A program made the translations under genes and the position numbers. A DNA stretch of 63,489 nucleotides, counting the filler, from Intoshia linei (Eukaryota > Animalia > Orthonectida): the NCBI GenBank assembly GCA_001642005.1. It is 6 parts of 6 records of this genome, joined end to end, with 100 filler letters (N's around TTAATTAATTAA, not from the genome) between each part and the next. Parts side by side here need not be neighbours in the genome. Positions count along the whole stretch, not along the records: positions 37,115 to 53,290 come from LWCA01000870.1; 5 more parts are not named here. One strand, written 5' to 3'. Position 1 is the stretch's first letter. Each line of letters begins with the position of its first letter. Under the pieces are notes generated by a model that made no database searches, had not been told where the DNA came from, and was given only the letters and a program-made list of their open reading frames with translations. This document shows positions 38,377-52,199 of the stretch, piece by piece.

Positions 38377-40005
38377 ATGTCGGTATTTATAGCTGCATTA
38401 GTTGACGCCTTAATATTGTTATTTTTAACAGAACTATTTTGCTGCATACCGATTTTATTTGCAAATTACAAATTATCTAATTATGGAAAATATAAAAAAA
38501 TTAAATCTATTCTCAATTGTTTTGCTGGAGGAGTCTTCCTTACTACTTGCTTTGAAGATATTTTACCTGCAGCGCAAGACAGTTTCGAAAAAACGAAAAT
38601 TGATAGTTCTAAACCTTGTAATTTTTTCATTTATATTATAGGGTTTTTCTGTCTCGATTGACGTGTCACAAATTATTCATTTGCTTTTCAATCATTGGCC
38701 AATATTCACTACAGTGAAAACTGTCTACTGTGGAACGTAAAGTTGAGTTGTTATAACAAATTCAATTTTAGAAAAGTTAGCAATATTTTCGTATTGTTAA
38801 AAATGTTGTCAAAACTATATTTATTGTCATTTCTATGGATTATCCACTGTAACATTTGTATTTACATTGGAATCACTACATAGTACACTACACAATCACT
38901 CTACAGGAAAGAATTTTAAAATCAATTTTCCACTATAACAAGTTTCATTGTTTATGTATAATACACCATGCAAATTCGTGAATTGAGATGAAAAAACTTG
39001 TTATTTTATAACTTCATTTTGAAGAAATTTCGTTTTTGAATGGTGGATAATGTACACTTTTCCCAACCATGTATCACTATATGCTTCCGTCCTATTTTCA
39101 AATTTTTTTTTATATATATGTATATTAAAATTTTGTTCATCCCACCATCTGAAAAATTAGCCAATTTTCCCTTATGTAACAGTTAAGCTGGAAATTTTCT
39201 TTATTTGAATCAGCTTGCGACTAATAAAAAATATTTAGATGTTGAATTATTAACTTTATTGGGATTTATAGTGATTCTTGTAATTGAACAATTTGCCGCA
39301 ATGTTACAAGGAACCGGTAAAAATCTAATATCACAAGTAAACACAGAAAATGTACCACTAACTCAAGAATCCCGCGAATCTCTATTAGATAGCGTAGCAG
39401 ACACATCCAGCATAGAGTCAAATGACATTGTAAACACAGATTTAGTCAATTTTAATATAAAAAATCATGAAATGGAACATTCATCAAACAGTCAAGTATT
39501 AAAAGTAGTATTGCTAGTAATAGCTCTGTCAGTTCATTCAATTTTCGAAGGATTAGCCATTGGTTGCAAAACCACTGTAAAAGAGATATTTATATTGACT
39601 GCTTCAGTGTCAATTCACAAATTAATAATTGCGTTCAGTATTGGACTCAATATTTCTACTGAAGGCATTGTACCAACCCAAAGCAATAGAAAATTTATGT
39701 TTCAGTTATTATTACGTACAATAAAAACAACCATTGCGTTTGCTCTGGCTTCCCCAATCGGTATTTTTATTGGCGCATTAATTCAAACCAATTTGCATGG
39801 GTTTGTACATGATTTAACAAACACAATTTGTCAAAGTTTATCAGCTGGAACATTTATATATGTTGTTTTCTTTGAAATTTTGTCAGATGAATTTACTCAT
39901 AATGATGCTAACCTTAATCAAAGAAAAACCATACATGTTAAATTGCTATCTTTTATACTGGGATTTGTAGCAATTACAGTAATTGAATTTTCCGGCCTTA
40001 CATAA
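38377..40005 (+). CDS. ZIP (SLC39A1-3-like) zinc transporter
   Basis: Exons 38377-38617 and 39239-40005 (phase 1); LNCFAGGVFLTTCF, ALSVHSIFEGLAIG, HKLIIAFSIG, AGTFIYVVFFEIL. Confidence 0.93.
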
Positions 40006-40069
40006 TACATGTATAAAAATAAATTTTAATAATTAAATTTAAAAATAAGTTTTTTGTTTTGTTTTCATC

Positions 40070-43000
40070 TTAATTATTTTTGTTTATTTTGAATTTTGCC
40101 ATTTCATAAGTTGGAGTAAGACTCATTCCATAAGTACAATTTATGTTTACCGCATCATTTGCTTCGTAAAAGTAAAATTTTCTAAATAAATTTGCAGTTA
40201 TAACTATTGCATATTTTATCCCAATTCCTTCAGCTATACATCTTCGTGCTCCAATTCCAAATGGTAGAAAATTGTTTAGTACTGATTCGTTTAATTCTCC
40301 TGATGGCAGCAAAAAACGATCAGGATTGAAATTGTAACAATCTTGCCAATGATTTTCATCGTGAGATAAACCGTACAAATTACCTAAATTTCTAATTTAA
40401 ACAATTCAATCACATTTTCCAACAAGAGAATGATTCGAATATATACAATTAAATGTCTGTGTTACCTATTATTTAAAACATTAACAGTCCTAAAATTTAA
40501 AAAATCCAACCACTAATACAGTTTTTCGCGAGTTATGTTTATATCTATTTTTTTTCCGAAATTGAGTCGTTCAAGGTCAAAAACCTAATTTTCCCTTTTT
40601 TTTAAATAAATTAGTTCTAATTTAAAAAAACAAAATTGGACCAATTTTAAAATTACTACCATTTTCGTATATCTAATATTGATAAAAATTAATTAATGGT
40701 AGAATTGGACCGTCGAAAATTAAAAAACGACTTAATGTTTCTTACTCTTATCCTTAAAATCTTTACACAATCACTAAAGATACCAACCTCACAAAGAAAT
40801 TGGGAATTCGTTGTATGAAAAAATGTCTTGTAAATTTATCTTTCTCATTTTTTAGTTTTTTATTACAATGTTGACAGACACAAACAATTACACTTTAATA
40901 TATGCAATTACCGACAATATAGGTTCCTTTTTCTATAAAATATTTGTTTTCAATGACAAAATCTTCCATAGCTTTTCTTTTTATCACGGGATTTGGACTG
41001 GCGTGTCTCATTACTTCATGAACTACAGCTGTTGTGTATGGAATCCGTTTTCTTTCTGCATAACTTATTGTCGGGTAATCCTCATAGCTCAACTTTTGCA
41101 ATTCTTTTATCATATTTTTTTGTACATCTGTGTAGTACATCATATACACAATTATCCACCAGTTTGTCTAAATATTAATCGAGTCATTTAATGATATAAC
41201 AATTTATGTAAATATTTTCTTCATTATGAAAAAGTTATGTCATGCATCACCCTCAGGAGAGCGACGGATATCTTAGTAAATTAGTTGTTTATCAAACCTT
41301 ACAATCAAATTAACCTTTCAATATGTTTTTAAGAAATTAATTTCTTATTAACCTTTTAAATATGAAACACGTGGAAAAACAAACTAAAAATGTATTTTTT
41401 AAAATATGTGATCAATGACATCCCTACTTACCAATGTATATAAAATTGAATGTATGTAATGTGTGTGTTACCGTTTATTTAAAAATTAACAATCGTAGAA
41501 TTAAAAAACCCTATTTCCCATACTGTTTTTCGCAAGTGATATTTATATTTAAGTTTCATTTCCCGAAATTGAGTTATTTAGGGTCAAAAACCAATTTTAA
41601 AATTAATTTTTTATAAAAATAAAACCAATCCAAAAATTTAAAAAAACATAAATTCTGGGATACATTTTTAAGTATCTAGCATTAGTAGTAAATATTATCC
41701 TAACAAACTGACATCATTATGATCAAAACCACAGATTACCTTTTTTATTTATACAGAATGTATGTTTTATTAAAATTTTGGGCTGATTTGTTTCAAACAA
41801 AAGGGAAAATTGAGTTTTTGACAATGAAGACAAATTCTGAAACTGAAAAATAGATAAAACACGATATGGGATAAACTATTAGAAATTAGGTTTTTTTAAA
41901 TTCTGCGACAGTTACTTTTTTCAATAAATGGGTACACACACAAACCCACACTTATTTTTATATAAGTAAAGGATAAAATAAATAAATAGTCATAAAATTT
42001 TCACAATCCCTCTGATAAATTTCGCGACCTCCCGGTTGAAAACCACTAGGCTAATGTATACAATGTAATATTATATTACACTTAATTATTATTAATTTAT
42101 TATGCATATAATTATTTATGTACAATATTATTAATGTATTAATCCATTATCCGTATTAGTAACAATATTATTAATAATATGGATAATTATCCATATTCCT
42201 TATTAAACCTTCTATTCTGCTATTTAGAAGAATTTTAAACTTCAATGTGATTTAAAACTTACGTACATAAAATCGCAACTTATTATTAAAGATGGTGTAG
42301 CATTGCTATAGTATCAGAACAATTTGAACGATAAACTTATTATTAAAATAAATTTTATATTTTAAAATACAATCGATCTTCCTTTTTATTTCGTATATCA
42401 CTACAGAGGGTTTTAAAACTTTTAATTTTATATTTTAAATTAATTGCGAGTAAGAAAATTGGCGAGTTGTAGAGAGAATACTGTATTTTTGTATAAAATT
42501 TTTAAAATGGCAAACGTCTCCGCAAAAAATTATCCTAAATCATTTTTTTTGAGTGTAGCCATAAAACTGTTATACGCCACTTTATTCGTTTCTGCACTAT
42601 AAAAATTCCAAAAAAACTACTAAAATTCACACCCCTAATAGTTATATCAAGTCACACACAAAATTTGAAATAATTACAGGTCCTGCAATTAAAAAAAAGA
42701 AAGATTATTCTGATGCATCTTATTCCAGTTGATATATTAATTCAAAATTTCAACCCCACAAATCTACACATTCCAATAAAAAATAATTTTGAATATATTA
42801 TCAACCAATATTTTTCAAATGATTAAAATCAAAAATGTAAATATTGATCCTACAATTTCAAAAAAAATGTGAATTGAAAGTCTACACATTTCAAATAAAG
42901 AAATATGGGTGACATTCTATATAATTGATCCCTTCGGATTTTTTTTCATTGCTCTTAATTTTTTATTCTCAAATATTGATTTTCAAAAAATTTAACGAAA

Positions 43001-46000
43001 TTTTAGTTTAACTACAAACAAATACAATTTTAATCAGTATCATATTTAATTAAGAATTTTATTATTGAATTAATTTTTTGGTATAATTAAAATAGTTTGC
43101 CCTCGGCAGAGCTAGGATTCATTTTGTACGAAGTACATAACACCCAAGCTAGTTTATCCATAATAAAGATTTAGTGGTGTTTCACAATATCTGTTTTCCA
43201 TTAAGTTGTATATTTAATGATTTCTTACACATGACATAATGGAAATTATTATTTTGTGAAGGTAATAAAGAATTATAAATAATTACTAGGGTTGGAGCTT
43301 CAACGCCGGCTCTAAGAAAATCTTCAGTTAAAGTATAAATCAAATCATCTGTGAGTTTTAACTCCTTCTTTAACGATTCAGTAACCTTCATAGCACAAGA
43401 AATTAAATAATCCATCGAATCTACAGGTTTACGTGATTCATCAAAAGTTTTCAAATGCAGCTCAATTTGTTTTGAACAAACATCATGAATTGTAGAGTTT
43501 GCTATCTGAAACTTTTTCAATCCTCCAGACATGAATGGTTTCAACCATGGCATCATATCACAGGCATTAACCATTGTTCCAGTATATTTAGTATAGTCTG
43601 CAATTGTTTCGCATATCTAAATCAACCATATAAACCAGTGTTCCAACATTGGGTTTGGGTTGGGCTAGTCTCCACCAGGGTACATTAGGGTGTTAACTTT
43701 TTGATCGAATTTTAGAAATTAAAAAAATACAGGGCCGTACGGTATGAGAAATGCCATAAAAATAACATCTGCGGTGTTTGTTTTTAATATTATTACAAAA
43801 ACATCGACCTGTTCTGCAATTTAAAAATACCCATAATATTTTGAATTGAAATTTATGATTATTATTAATTTCAAGTCGATTAACGGTGTCATTATCTAAT
43901 TCACCGTCAATTCACGTAGCCGATCTAATTTTTTAAAAATTTAAAAGTATTTATGGTACTGTCGTTACTTCACCCCGTAAAGAATATGATAAATAGTATA
44001 CATTAATTTTTTTAATAGATCTGGAAATATTGCTCTTTAAGAGTAAATTATATGGTAGAACACCTAACAGTGAAAAAATATACATATGATGCAACAAACT
44101 TTTGTATATATATCATTATGATACAACTTACAACTATAAACTTGTATGGTCCAACAGTTACGAATTTGGCTTCCTTAAAATTTTATCAACCTTATGCCCG
44201 TGTTGTATAATTTCCGTGAGATTTTAGATACGAATTACAAATCTGATTAGAATCAAAATAATAATTATTTTTTCATTGAACTGAATTTCATTAAGTGATT
44301 TATGTTAATTATATTACGTTTATATTATTTTGACACAAAAAAAAATTTTAGCAATTACTGATGAAATTTTGAATATAAAATAGAGAGAAAAAAATATTTT
44401 TTTGTCATTAATTAGACCTATTTTAATTTAGTTTCGCAAGCAGGTAAAATTGTTGTCAATAGAAATGACGATTTGAATAAATAATATAAACATAAAGCGA
44501 GGTTACTCATGTTATAAATCTTATTTATGAAAACTATTTCCTTTACGCAGGCCAATGTTTTTCAAAATTTAGGTTTAACGAAACGTACCACCGTTCTTAG
44601 AATTTTTTTCTCATCCTGTATAACCCTGTATTTTTGTTCTTAGAAAAAAGTTAACACCCTAGAGTACATACGGAATTTAAATGTATTTTTTTAATTAACA
44701 TTGATAATTATTAAATTTAAAAAGTTTATTCTATTTATGACAATTTTTAGGATTGGACTGTTTTTACTTTATTTTTAATATTATACACACATTTTGTCTA
44801 ATAAAATTGGACTGTTTTTACTTTATTTTTAATATTATACACACATTCTGTCTAATAAAATTAAAAAGTTTTAACTTTATTTTTAATATTATACACACAT
44901 TCTGTCTAATAAATTAAAAAAATGGGATAATAATTGTTTATAAAATTATTCACGCATTTGTTAACAAACAAAAAATAGAATAATTCACTTTAAACTAAAA
45001 AGTAATGTGATATAATGGTTCCACCTAAAAAAAATTCGGGAACCATTATAATGCCATATTTATAATTGATTTACAATGTTAATTTAAAATTCTGACTTAT
45101 TTGTCAATTTATATTTCAAATTAATTAAATGTTATTTTATGTGCCATTTTTATTTTATTAAAAACGTAATGAGAATCTTAGATATAGTATTTACCAAGCT
45201 GATTTCAAGACTGTTAAAATCAAAACGATATACATTGTACATGTAATATAATAATGTTCTCAACATATTTATTCATGCTGTATGCCCCTTAAATGTTTGT
45301 ACTTACCATGAACCCCTACACAAACCCACTACCGAAAATTTTGGTGGTGAAATTTTCTTGTATTAACACTTGATAATGATACATAATTTCAACTGCTAAC
45401 AACCTCTGTGAAAAATAAATAAGTTTTAGAATTAGTAAATAGTCTTAGAATTTTAATCTAAAATTTATCCTAAATAAAATTTTTTTATTGAATAAATCAT
45501 CAAATCACTGTAACACAATCTCATAAATAAATTATGATTATTAATTAAATTTAATAAAAAAATTTTTAAGATGCAAAATTTCCAATTAATTCAATTAAAT
45601 TTAATTTTCCACGAATTATAATTAAAATACACATTCTTTCAAATTGTTTAATTAAATTTATAATTAATTTATAGAACTATTACAGCAAAAAACAAGTGTA
45701 CACTTCGAAAATATAGAGTTCAAAATGATCGTTTATAAATGAAGAATTTAAATTTATATCCGGCTACTCTGATATTATGTTGTTTCTGGCCACTTAATTT
45801 AAAATTTATCTAATCATTAATGATTTTAGTAAAATTTTATTATTGAATTTATATTTTAGTAGAATTAAAAAAGTGCCCTCAGCAGAGCTAGGTGCTGTTT
45901 GTATAAAGTACATAACAATCAACCTAGTAGAATTATAAAAATGGTTTATTTAGTACAGTATAACCCCGTGTTTGAAACCTTTTTTGAAAAGTGCCTCAAA

Positions 46001-47683
46001 AACTGAGGATAATAATAATATTCTATTATGTATTAAATTAATTAAACGATGATAGTATTTAATCATAGTAAGAAAGTTGATAAAGATTCGTTGATGGGGT
46101 ATATCACAAAAAATTAAGCATTTATTTAAAAAATAGATTTTTATAGTATTAAAAAAAATATTGATAAACGCATGAATATTGAGACAAGACAATAATAACT
46201 TAATATTTACATAATATCTGATAAAAACAAATGTGACTTTTAATAATTGAGCTATTTCCAATTTTGTGTCATAATTTAATTTATTGTTTACCATTTTCAT
46301 TTAAAATTTTTGTAAAAAAATAAAGTGCCCCAAAACGAGGTTTATTTGACACTTATTTTTAGGAAATAGTACATAATACTATGACACTAATAAATATTTA
46401 AAAAGTGTCCCAAAAAGCGAGGGTGCCCGCTGCCGAGGTTCGCCCCAAACCGGGGTCGGACTGTATAACAAATGAGTCAATTACTTGAAGTAAATCATCA
46501 ATGTCATTTTGAACATAGCATCGATCAAAAGAAATTCTATACATGATTGTAACATGACAATGACTAATTATGTGTCTAATTGAAAATGTTTCTCCTTCCT
46601 TAATCTTTTCTAAATTGTTTATGCAATTGTCAATTTCATTTGCCAGAATGCTATCCTCCAGTTCAACATTTCTTTCACCAAACATTTTCAAACATGTTAA
46701 AGCCAATGTACGACGTTTCGTCCATCGCCTTCCTGTTAAATTAATCCAAATTATGTTTTATTGTATCTACCACTCTCGTCACACGTGACAAAGTAAAGTG
46801 ACCAAAAAAAACACGTACTATCAATTTTAGTTTATTTAGTGGTAAATGTAAAGCCAAAACTATTTATCTATGATGACGAACAAAAATTTTCGGCTTAAAA
46901 TTTATTTTAAATAAACTAACGGTGATAGTACCTTTTTTCTGGTCACTTTAGATAAATGACAGTAAGTAAATCACTAAGGCTGAGTCACTAAGATGGAGAA
47001 ACTATTACATTATAGTCAAAACTGTGGTACATTAGTTTCAGACTAAGTTTTCCATCCCCCGAAAATCAAAAAAAGGCCCTAAACATTTATTGAACGACGG
47101 GTAATGGCGTGTAACCCTTTCTAACCTGTCCACGGATCTGATTTTAAAAGTTTAAATTTGAGACAAAAAATAATTAAAATTTTCAAAAATTTACCAAGTA
47201 GGGTAGTTTCAACCGACTAGTAATAAAATGGTAATGTTTAATAATTTTTTGATATAAATGATTAAAACAATAATATAAAAAACCTTCGTCACGATGAGCA
47301 GCATTAGCGATAAATTTTGTGGTATTGCACAGGATTGGTTTCCCATTAATGGCTTTATTATGAACAGTAAACAATTTTCTGTAAAAATCAATATCATGTA
47401 TGACAACAAATCTTTGAGATCCTACGTACATTTCAAAAATTTTACCATATTTGATTGACAATTTCAATAGGGACACATGAACTAATTTAGAGAGGCTAAA
47501 GTAGTATCCAAAAATAGGCCAACAAAATGGACCGGGAAGGTTTGATCTCCTTCTTTTCACATAATTAAAAATCCAATTTATCCAATGATACGAGAGAAAC
47601 ATGATAAAAAAGGAAAGTATCCATTTCGTCAACATACTCGCATCGTTTTTAAAATAATTATAAATACAATTTACACAAAACAT
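40070..47683 (-). CDS. Cytochrome P450, clan 2 (CYP1/2/17-like)
   Basis: Exons 47683 (or 47635)-47284, 46732-46485, 43616-43287, 41167-40912 and 40383-40070 join in phase. TM anchor plus LPGP..WPIFG, WTKRR, EDFLRAGVEAPT, EVMR, FNPDRF, and heme motif PFGIGARRCIAE. Confidence 0.93.
43686..44661. mobile_element. hAT-type non-autonomous element in a CYP intron
   Basis: 17-bp TIR TAGGGTGTTAACTTTTT; flanks GGGTACAT/GAGTACAT (7 of 8 TSD bases match). Confidence 0.85.
44753..44913. repeat. Tandem repeat, 3 x 54 bp
   Basis: Units start at 44753, 44807 and 44861 (TTGGACTGTTTTTACTTTATTTTTAATATTATACACACATT..GTCTAATAAAA). Confidence 0.9.
46795..46948. mobile_element. Short MITE family (other copies at about 2880-2985 and 22840-22970)
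   Basis: Imperfect TIR of about 40 bp AAGTGACCA(A/G)AAAAA..GTACTATCA..TTAGTTTATTT; shared core AAATTTTAAGCCGAAAATTTTTnTTCGTCATnATAGATAAnTAGTTTTGGCTTTA. Confidence 0.75.
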
Positions 47684-49187
47684 ATTAGAATAAAAAATGA
47701 ATAATTGTACTTGAAGGTAATATATATTTAGAGGAAATTTCTATTATTAGATTACTTTTTATCAGCTGTTTTAAAATTTAATTTCTAAAGTGTCAATAAT
47801 TTTTATAGAATTTTACACATTTTCACAATACGATTAACTTATATTCTTACTTATAACTGCCAGTCTTAGAATTTTATAAAGTCCACATTTCAATTACAGT
47901 ATTTTCTAGGCGTGTTAGCAAAATAAATTTCAACCTCCCAAATTCTTACGGATCAAAAAGCCCAATTATGCTTTTTTTATAAATCAAACGAGTTAAAGAA
48001 TTAAAAAAAATATATACTCTGATACGGATTTTAAAATCATAAATTTAAATTTAAAAAAATATATATCTTCAAAGCCAAAACCACAAATGACCTTTTTTTT
48101 TTTAATAAAAACAGCATTAAAATTTAAAAAAATTTTAATCCGAATAAGTGATAACTTCACGGTCAAAAAAGCATTTTAGTATTCATATATTTTTTTCCGA
48201 AATATTTTTATTACAAAACAAACAAAAAATGTGAAGTAATTAACTGTCCAAAAATTAAAAAAAATAAGATTATTCTGATAAAGCTTATTCCAGTTGATAT
48301 AAATACAAAAGTTCAACCTGAGAAATCTACGCATTAATTAATAAAATTTATAAATTATTAAAAGCATTGTCATTGTTAATATCAGCCTCAAAAACGCATA
48401 CAAATGTACCTTCATGGTTTATTTATTAAAAACTATCAAATGCATATGGTTTCTATGGCTACAATTCCTTTGATGGGTTTTCCATGTTTTGTGAACCAGT
48501 TTGTTTTTTTAAATAAAAATCCAGCTCATTTATTTTAGTTTTACGACATTCATTTTAAGTATAGTTTTTGAAGTTAATTATGAGGAATTCAAGCATCTTT
48601 AAAAACTAATATAAATAAGCTAGAAATGAATTAAAAAAACAAAATAGCTCAAAAAGCACGATAAACACAAAGGAATTACCAACATAAACATCCATAAAAA
48701 CAAAATAAAAACTAAAATAAAGTATAAAATAAAAAAATAATAATTTTAATAAAAAATAAACTAAAGTTATATTTGAATTTAATCCTAACATTTTTGTATG
48801 ACTTTCAATAATTACATTTGAGGGGGGGGGGGGTAAATATTAACCGATTTCATTTTTTTGGGGTGATAAATGCTTAAAATTAAAAAGGCATCCACACGCA
48901 AAATGGATTTTTCTAATAAAAAAAAGTGGACACCCTACTGTAGCATACTGAAATATTGTTCAGACCTAGAAATTTATAGGCAAAATTGCTTTTGTATTTA
49001 TTCCTCTTTCTACAGTTTTTAATGACACCGATTTATAACTGTAAATCTACACCAAATGAATATAATATAATAGAATTTGTATAAAAAGTTAAATAAATAA
49101 AAAGCAATTCGATTAATACATTTATTTATAGAAATAAATTCTAAAATTAAAGCGTTAACCAAATTATCATTTTCATTTCATTTAGGA

Positions 49188-50136
49188 ATGCAAAAAAATT
49201 TGAAGGTTCATCGAATAAAACTGGAAAACCTGCCTGTGTTGTCAGTTCCAAATAAAATAATGTTTAGTGAAGCCACAATAAAGACGGCACTAAATTATAC
49301 TTTCACGGAAAAGGACATAATAATCATAAGCTACCCTAAAGCAGGTAACCAATAAAATAAAAAATTAAACCAATCCATATTTCTATTTAGGTATAACATG
49401 GATCCAAGAAATTGTATTTTTGCTGGTAAACAACAACGACACAAAATTATCAGATAGTTTAACTGCGACTGACAAAGCATATTTTTTAGAACGAAAAGAT
49501 TTTCAAAAGTACTTGGACAAAGACTACAAAATGCCGAAAGTAAAAATATTTAAAACACATTTGCCTTACGAAATACTGTCAAAAAATAAAACATTTGATA
49601 AATGCAAAAAAATCATCATGATCCGTAATCCAAAGGATAATTTGACATCATATTATCATTTTCACAAATTGGTTCCCACAATGACGTCACCGGAAAGTTG
49701 GACACAATTTTTTAAAGAAATGTATATGGTTGACAATATAGCTTATGGCAGCATAACAAAACATACTTACGATTGGATAGTTCAAGCCAAAAAGGATGAA
49801 GCAAATTTAAAATATTTTGTCATTCAATATGAACAATTGAAATCTGATGACGACATTAAAATATTGAAAAATTTAAGCGCATTTCTCCAATCAAATTGTA
49901 ACATAAAAAGTTTACGTGAAATTATCGAACGATGCAGTTTCAATAAAATGTCGGAAAATCCAGCTTTAAATCATAAGGACAATTCTCAGTTTGACGTGAC
50001 AAAGGGAAAATTTATGCGAAAAGGCTGTGTTGGGGACTGGAAATATTTCTTTACTGTCGAGCAAAGTGAATATGTTGACGATCAATGCAGTCACTTGAAA
50101 AATGATTTAAATTTGAACTTTGTATATGAAATTTAA
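49188..50136 (+). CDS. Cytosolic sulfotransferase (SULT1-like fold)
   Basis: Exons 49188-49344 and 49391-50136; DIIIISYPKAG|ITWIQEI, KTHLP, IRNPKDNLTSYY, FMRKGCVGDWK. Confidence 0.93.
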
Positions 50137-50367
50137 TAAAAATGTTCATCTAATTGTATTTACATTAATTGGTTGAATTGAATTTTTTATCGTAATGTTT
50201 TTGAAATACGTTTTTGGTTTTAAATTGAAATTTCATTTTTTTGCGGTTCTTCTATTTTAAAATTTTAATTTTCAAGTCATTTTTTATAATCAAATAAAAT
50301 TAAGTACCTGCAGAAAAATATCTTTAGTTAATTCACTGGAAGGTTTTTCTTTTAGGGAGTCGTAGTC

Positions 50368-51839
50368 TTAAACAATATTAGATTTATCAATGTTTATAGT
50401 ACCTTTGCAATCCAAATATTCCAATAATTTTGAGCTTTCATTCGAATTGTGACAGTTTTTTGGGGCTTTCATAGTGTACGAGAAAGCCAATTTATCAATC
50501 TTGGTTTTTTGAGGGTATTTTATTTTATAACTCTCCTTGAAATAGGGTTTGTGTTCTGTCGGTTTAGAAATGCGCTCATTCTTGCGTTTTCGATTATCTG
50601 TTGCACTGTTTAAAGTTGATTGAGACTGGGGTTTATTAATTTCTATTACGCGTGGAACTAAAATAATATACATTTACATGTTAATAAGAAAATATATTAT
50701 AATGAAATTACGCAAAAAAGATTTTGGTACATTTGAAGTTTTCTAAATACAAATTTAATTACTAAATAATGTAAAGTTAATATCAATTTTTTAATTTGAA
50801 TTAAAAAAGATGTATTTTTGAAAGTTACATGATACTTTTATCAAAAAATTGTTCCAATTTAAAAATTTAAATGGGATAAAAATATTGAACTCACTTAATT
50901 CATAATTTTTAGAACCACTATTGAATATTGGACTAAGGGCTTCAATAAAGTACAATCAATCCGGTTCAACATGATGAACAAATGGTATCAATTTTTATCA
51001 TTTACAGTGAACACTTAAAAAGATATACATTTAAAATGCTAAAGTTAATTTTTGAGTTGATTGTAATGTAAATATTGTAAAAGTCGTTTGATATTCATGA
51101 CACGTGTTAATAACTTTGTGCGGTCCACTCCCTTAAACTTGTTTCCCAACTCTGCTTTAAATGTTTAAAATTATGTTCATATCAAAAAAAGTTTAACAGG
51201 ATTGACTTTCTATATTTTCATAATCAGCTCTACAGATAGTGAACAAGATGCCAAAACGGACAATTTGTTCACTATCTTCACCATAGACTATACGTATTTA
51301 TTAATTACTAATTAAATTACATGATTTTTAAAATTTTGAATTTTCCTATAAAACATCATATAAGCTCCAGTATTTTCAGACAAAACGGTATTTACACTTG
51401 TTTCCATTGCCTAAATAAAAAAGTAAAAATACATGTCAATAAATAAAAATTACATGTGAATCATCCATTTTGATCCACTTTTCATTTGGCGCTCTGACAT
51501 AAGAATAATAATGCCCAGAATTTAGTCCAACTCCAGAATGTACCAAAACAGAATAAAGTTGATACAAAGTAGGTATATTATTCTAATAAAAAAATTATTT
51601 CGTTTTTGTTAAAACCAACCTTACTAAGAAACGGTCCAATATCTATAATAGGCTTAAATTTAATACATTTATTAAGTTTTATAGGTCCAAAATGAGATAC
51701 GGAAAATCTAAAAATTATCAAATATAATTATAAATTAAAAAGATGTAAATTGTAACATTACCTCTTTAAATGAATAGACAATATGTTTGGTTCCTCACAA
51801 ATTTTAACAGATTTGATAGCATTGGATTTGGATTTACAG
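50368..51839 (-). CDS. USP36/USP42-like ubiquitin-specific protease, 3' part
   Basis: Exons 51839-51762, 51707-51620, 51582-51454, 51410-51321, 50742-50712 and 50657-50368 give PNILSIHLKRF, YQLYSVLVHSGVGLNSGHYYSYVRAPNEKWIKMDDS and AYMMFY. Cys-box exons are not in this segment. Confidence 0.85.
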
Positions 51840-52199
51840 CTAAAATAAAATTATACAATAATAAAACAAATTATAAAAAATATTGCGTGTTATAAATAAG
51901 TGCGATAATAGTTATATACGTGTCTAGTGCATAAAGTTTTACATTATGATACGAGTTTTGTTCTAATGCATGAACTCGCAGAGTGAGTGCATATACTCAT
52001 CAATTTACCAACTTTGACTACTTCTGCTATAATTGCTTTGTTGCTATTTCCATCCTCTTATTTAGCAGAATGCGGGTTTATTGCAGTTTCAGACTTACTG
52101 ACAAAAAATAAATAGACTACAAATTTCAAAATGGGGATCTACGATTAAAACTTACAATATTTAGGTAATCCGTATAAATATAAATTCAGTTAACAGGAA

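Noticed and set aside
44753-44913. CRISPR-like array
   Set aside because: Contiguous 54-bp tandem units without unique spacers, eukaryotic context, no cas genes.
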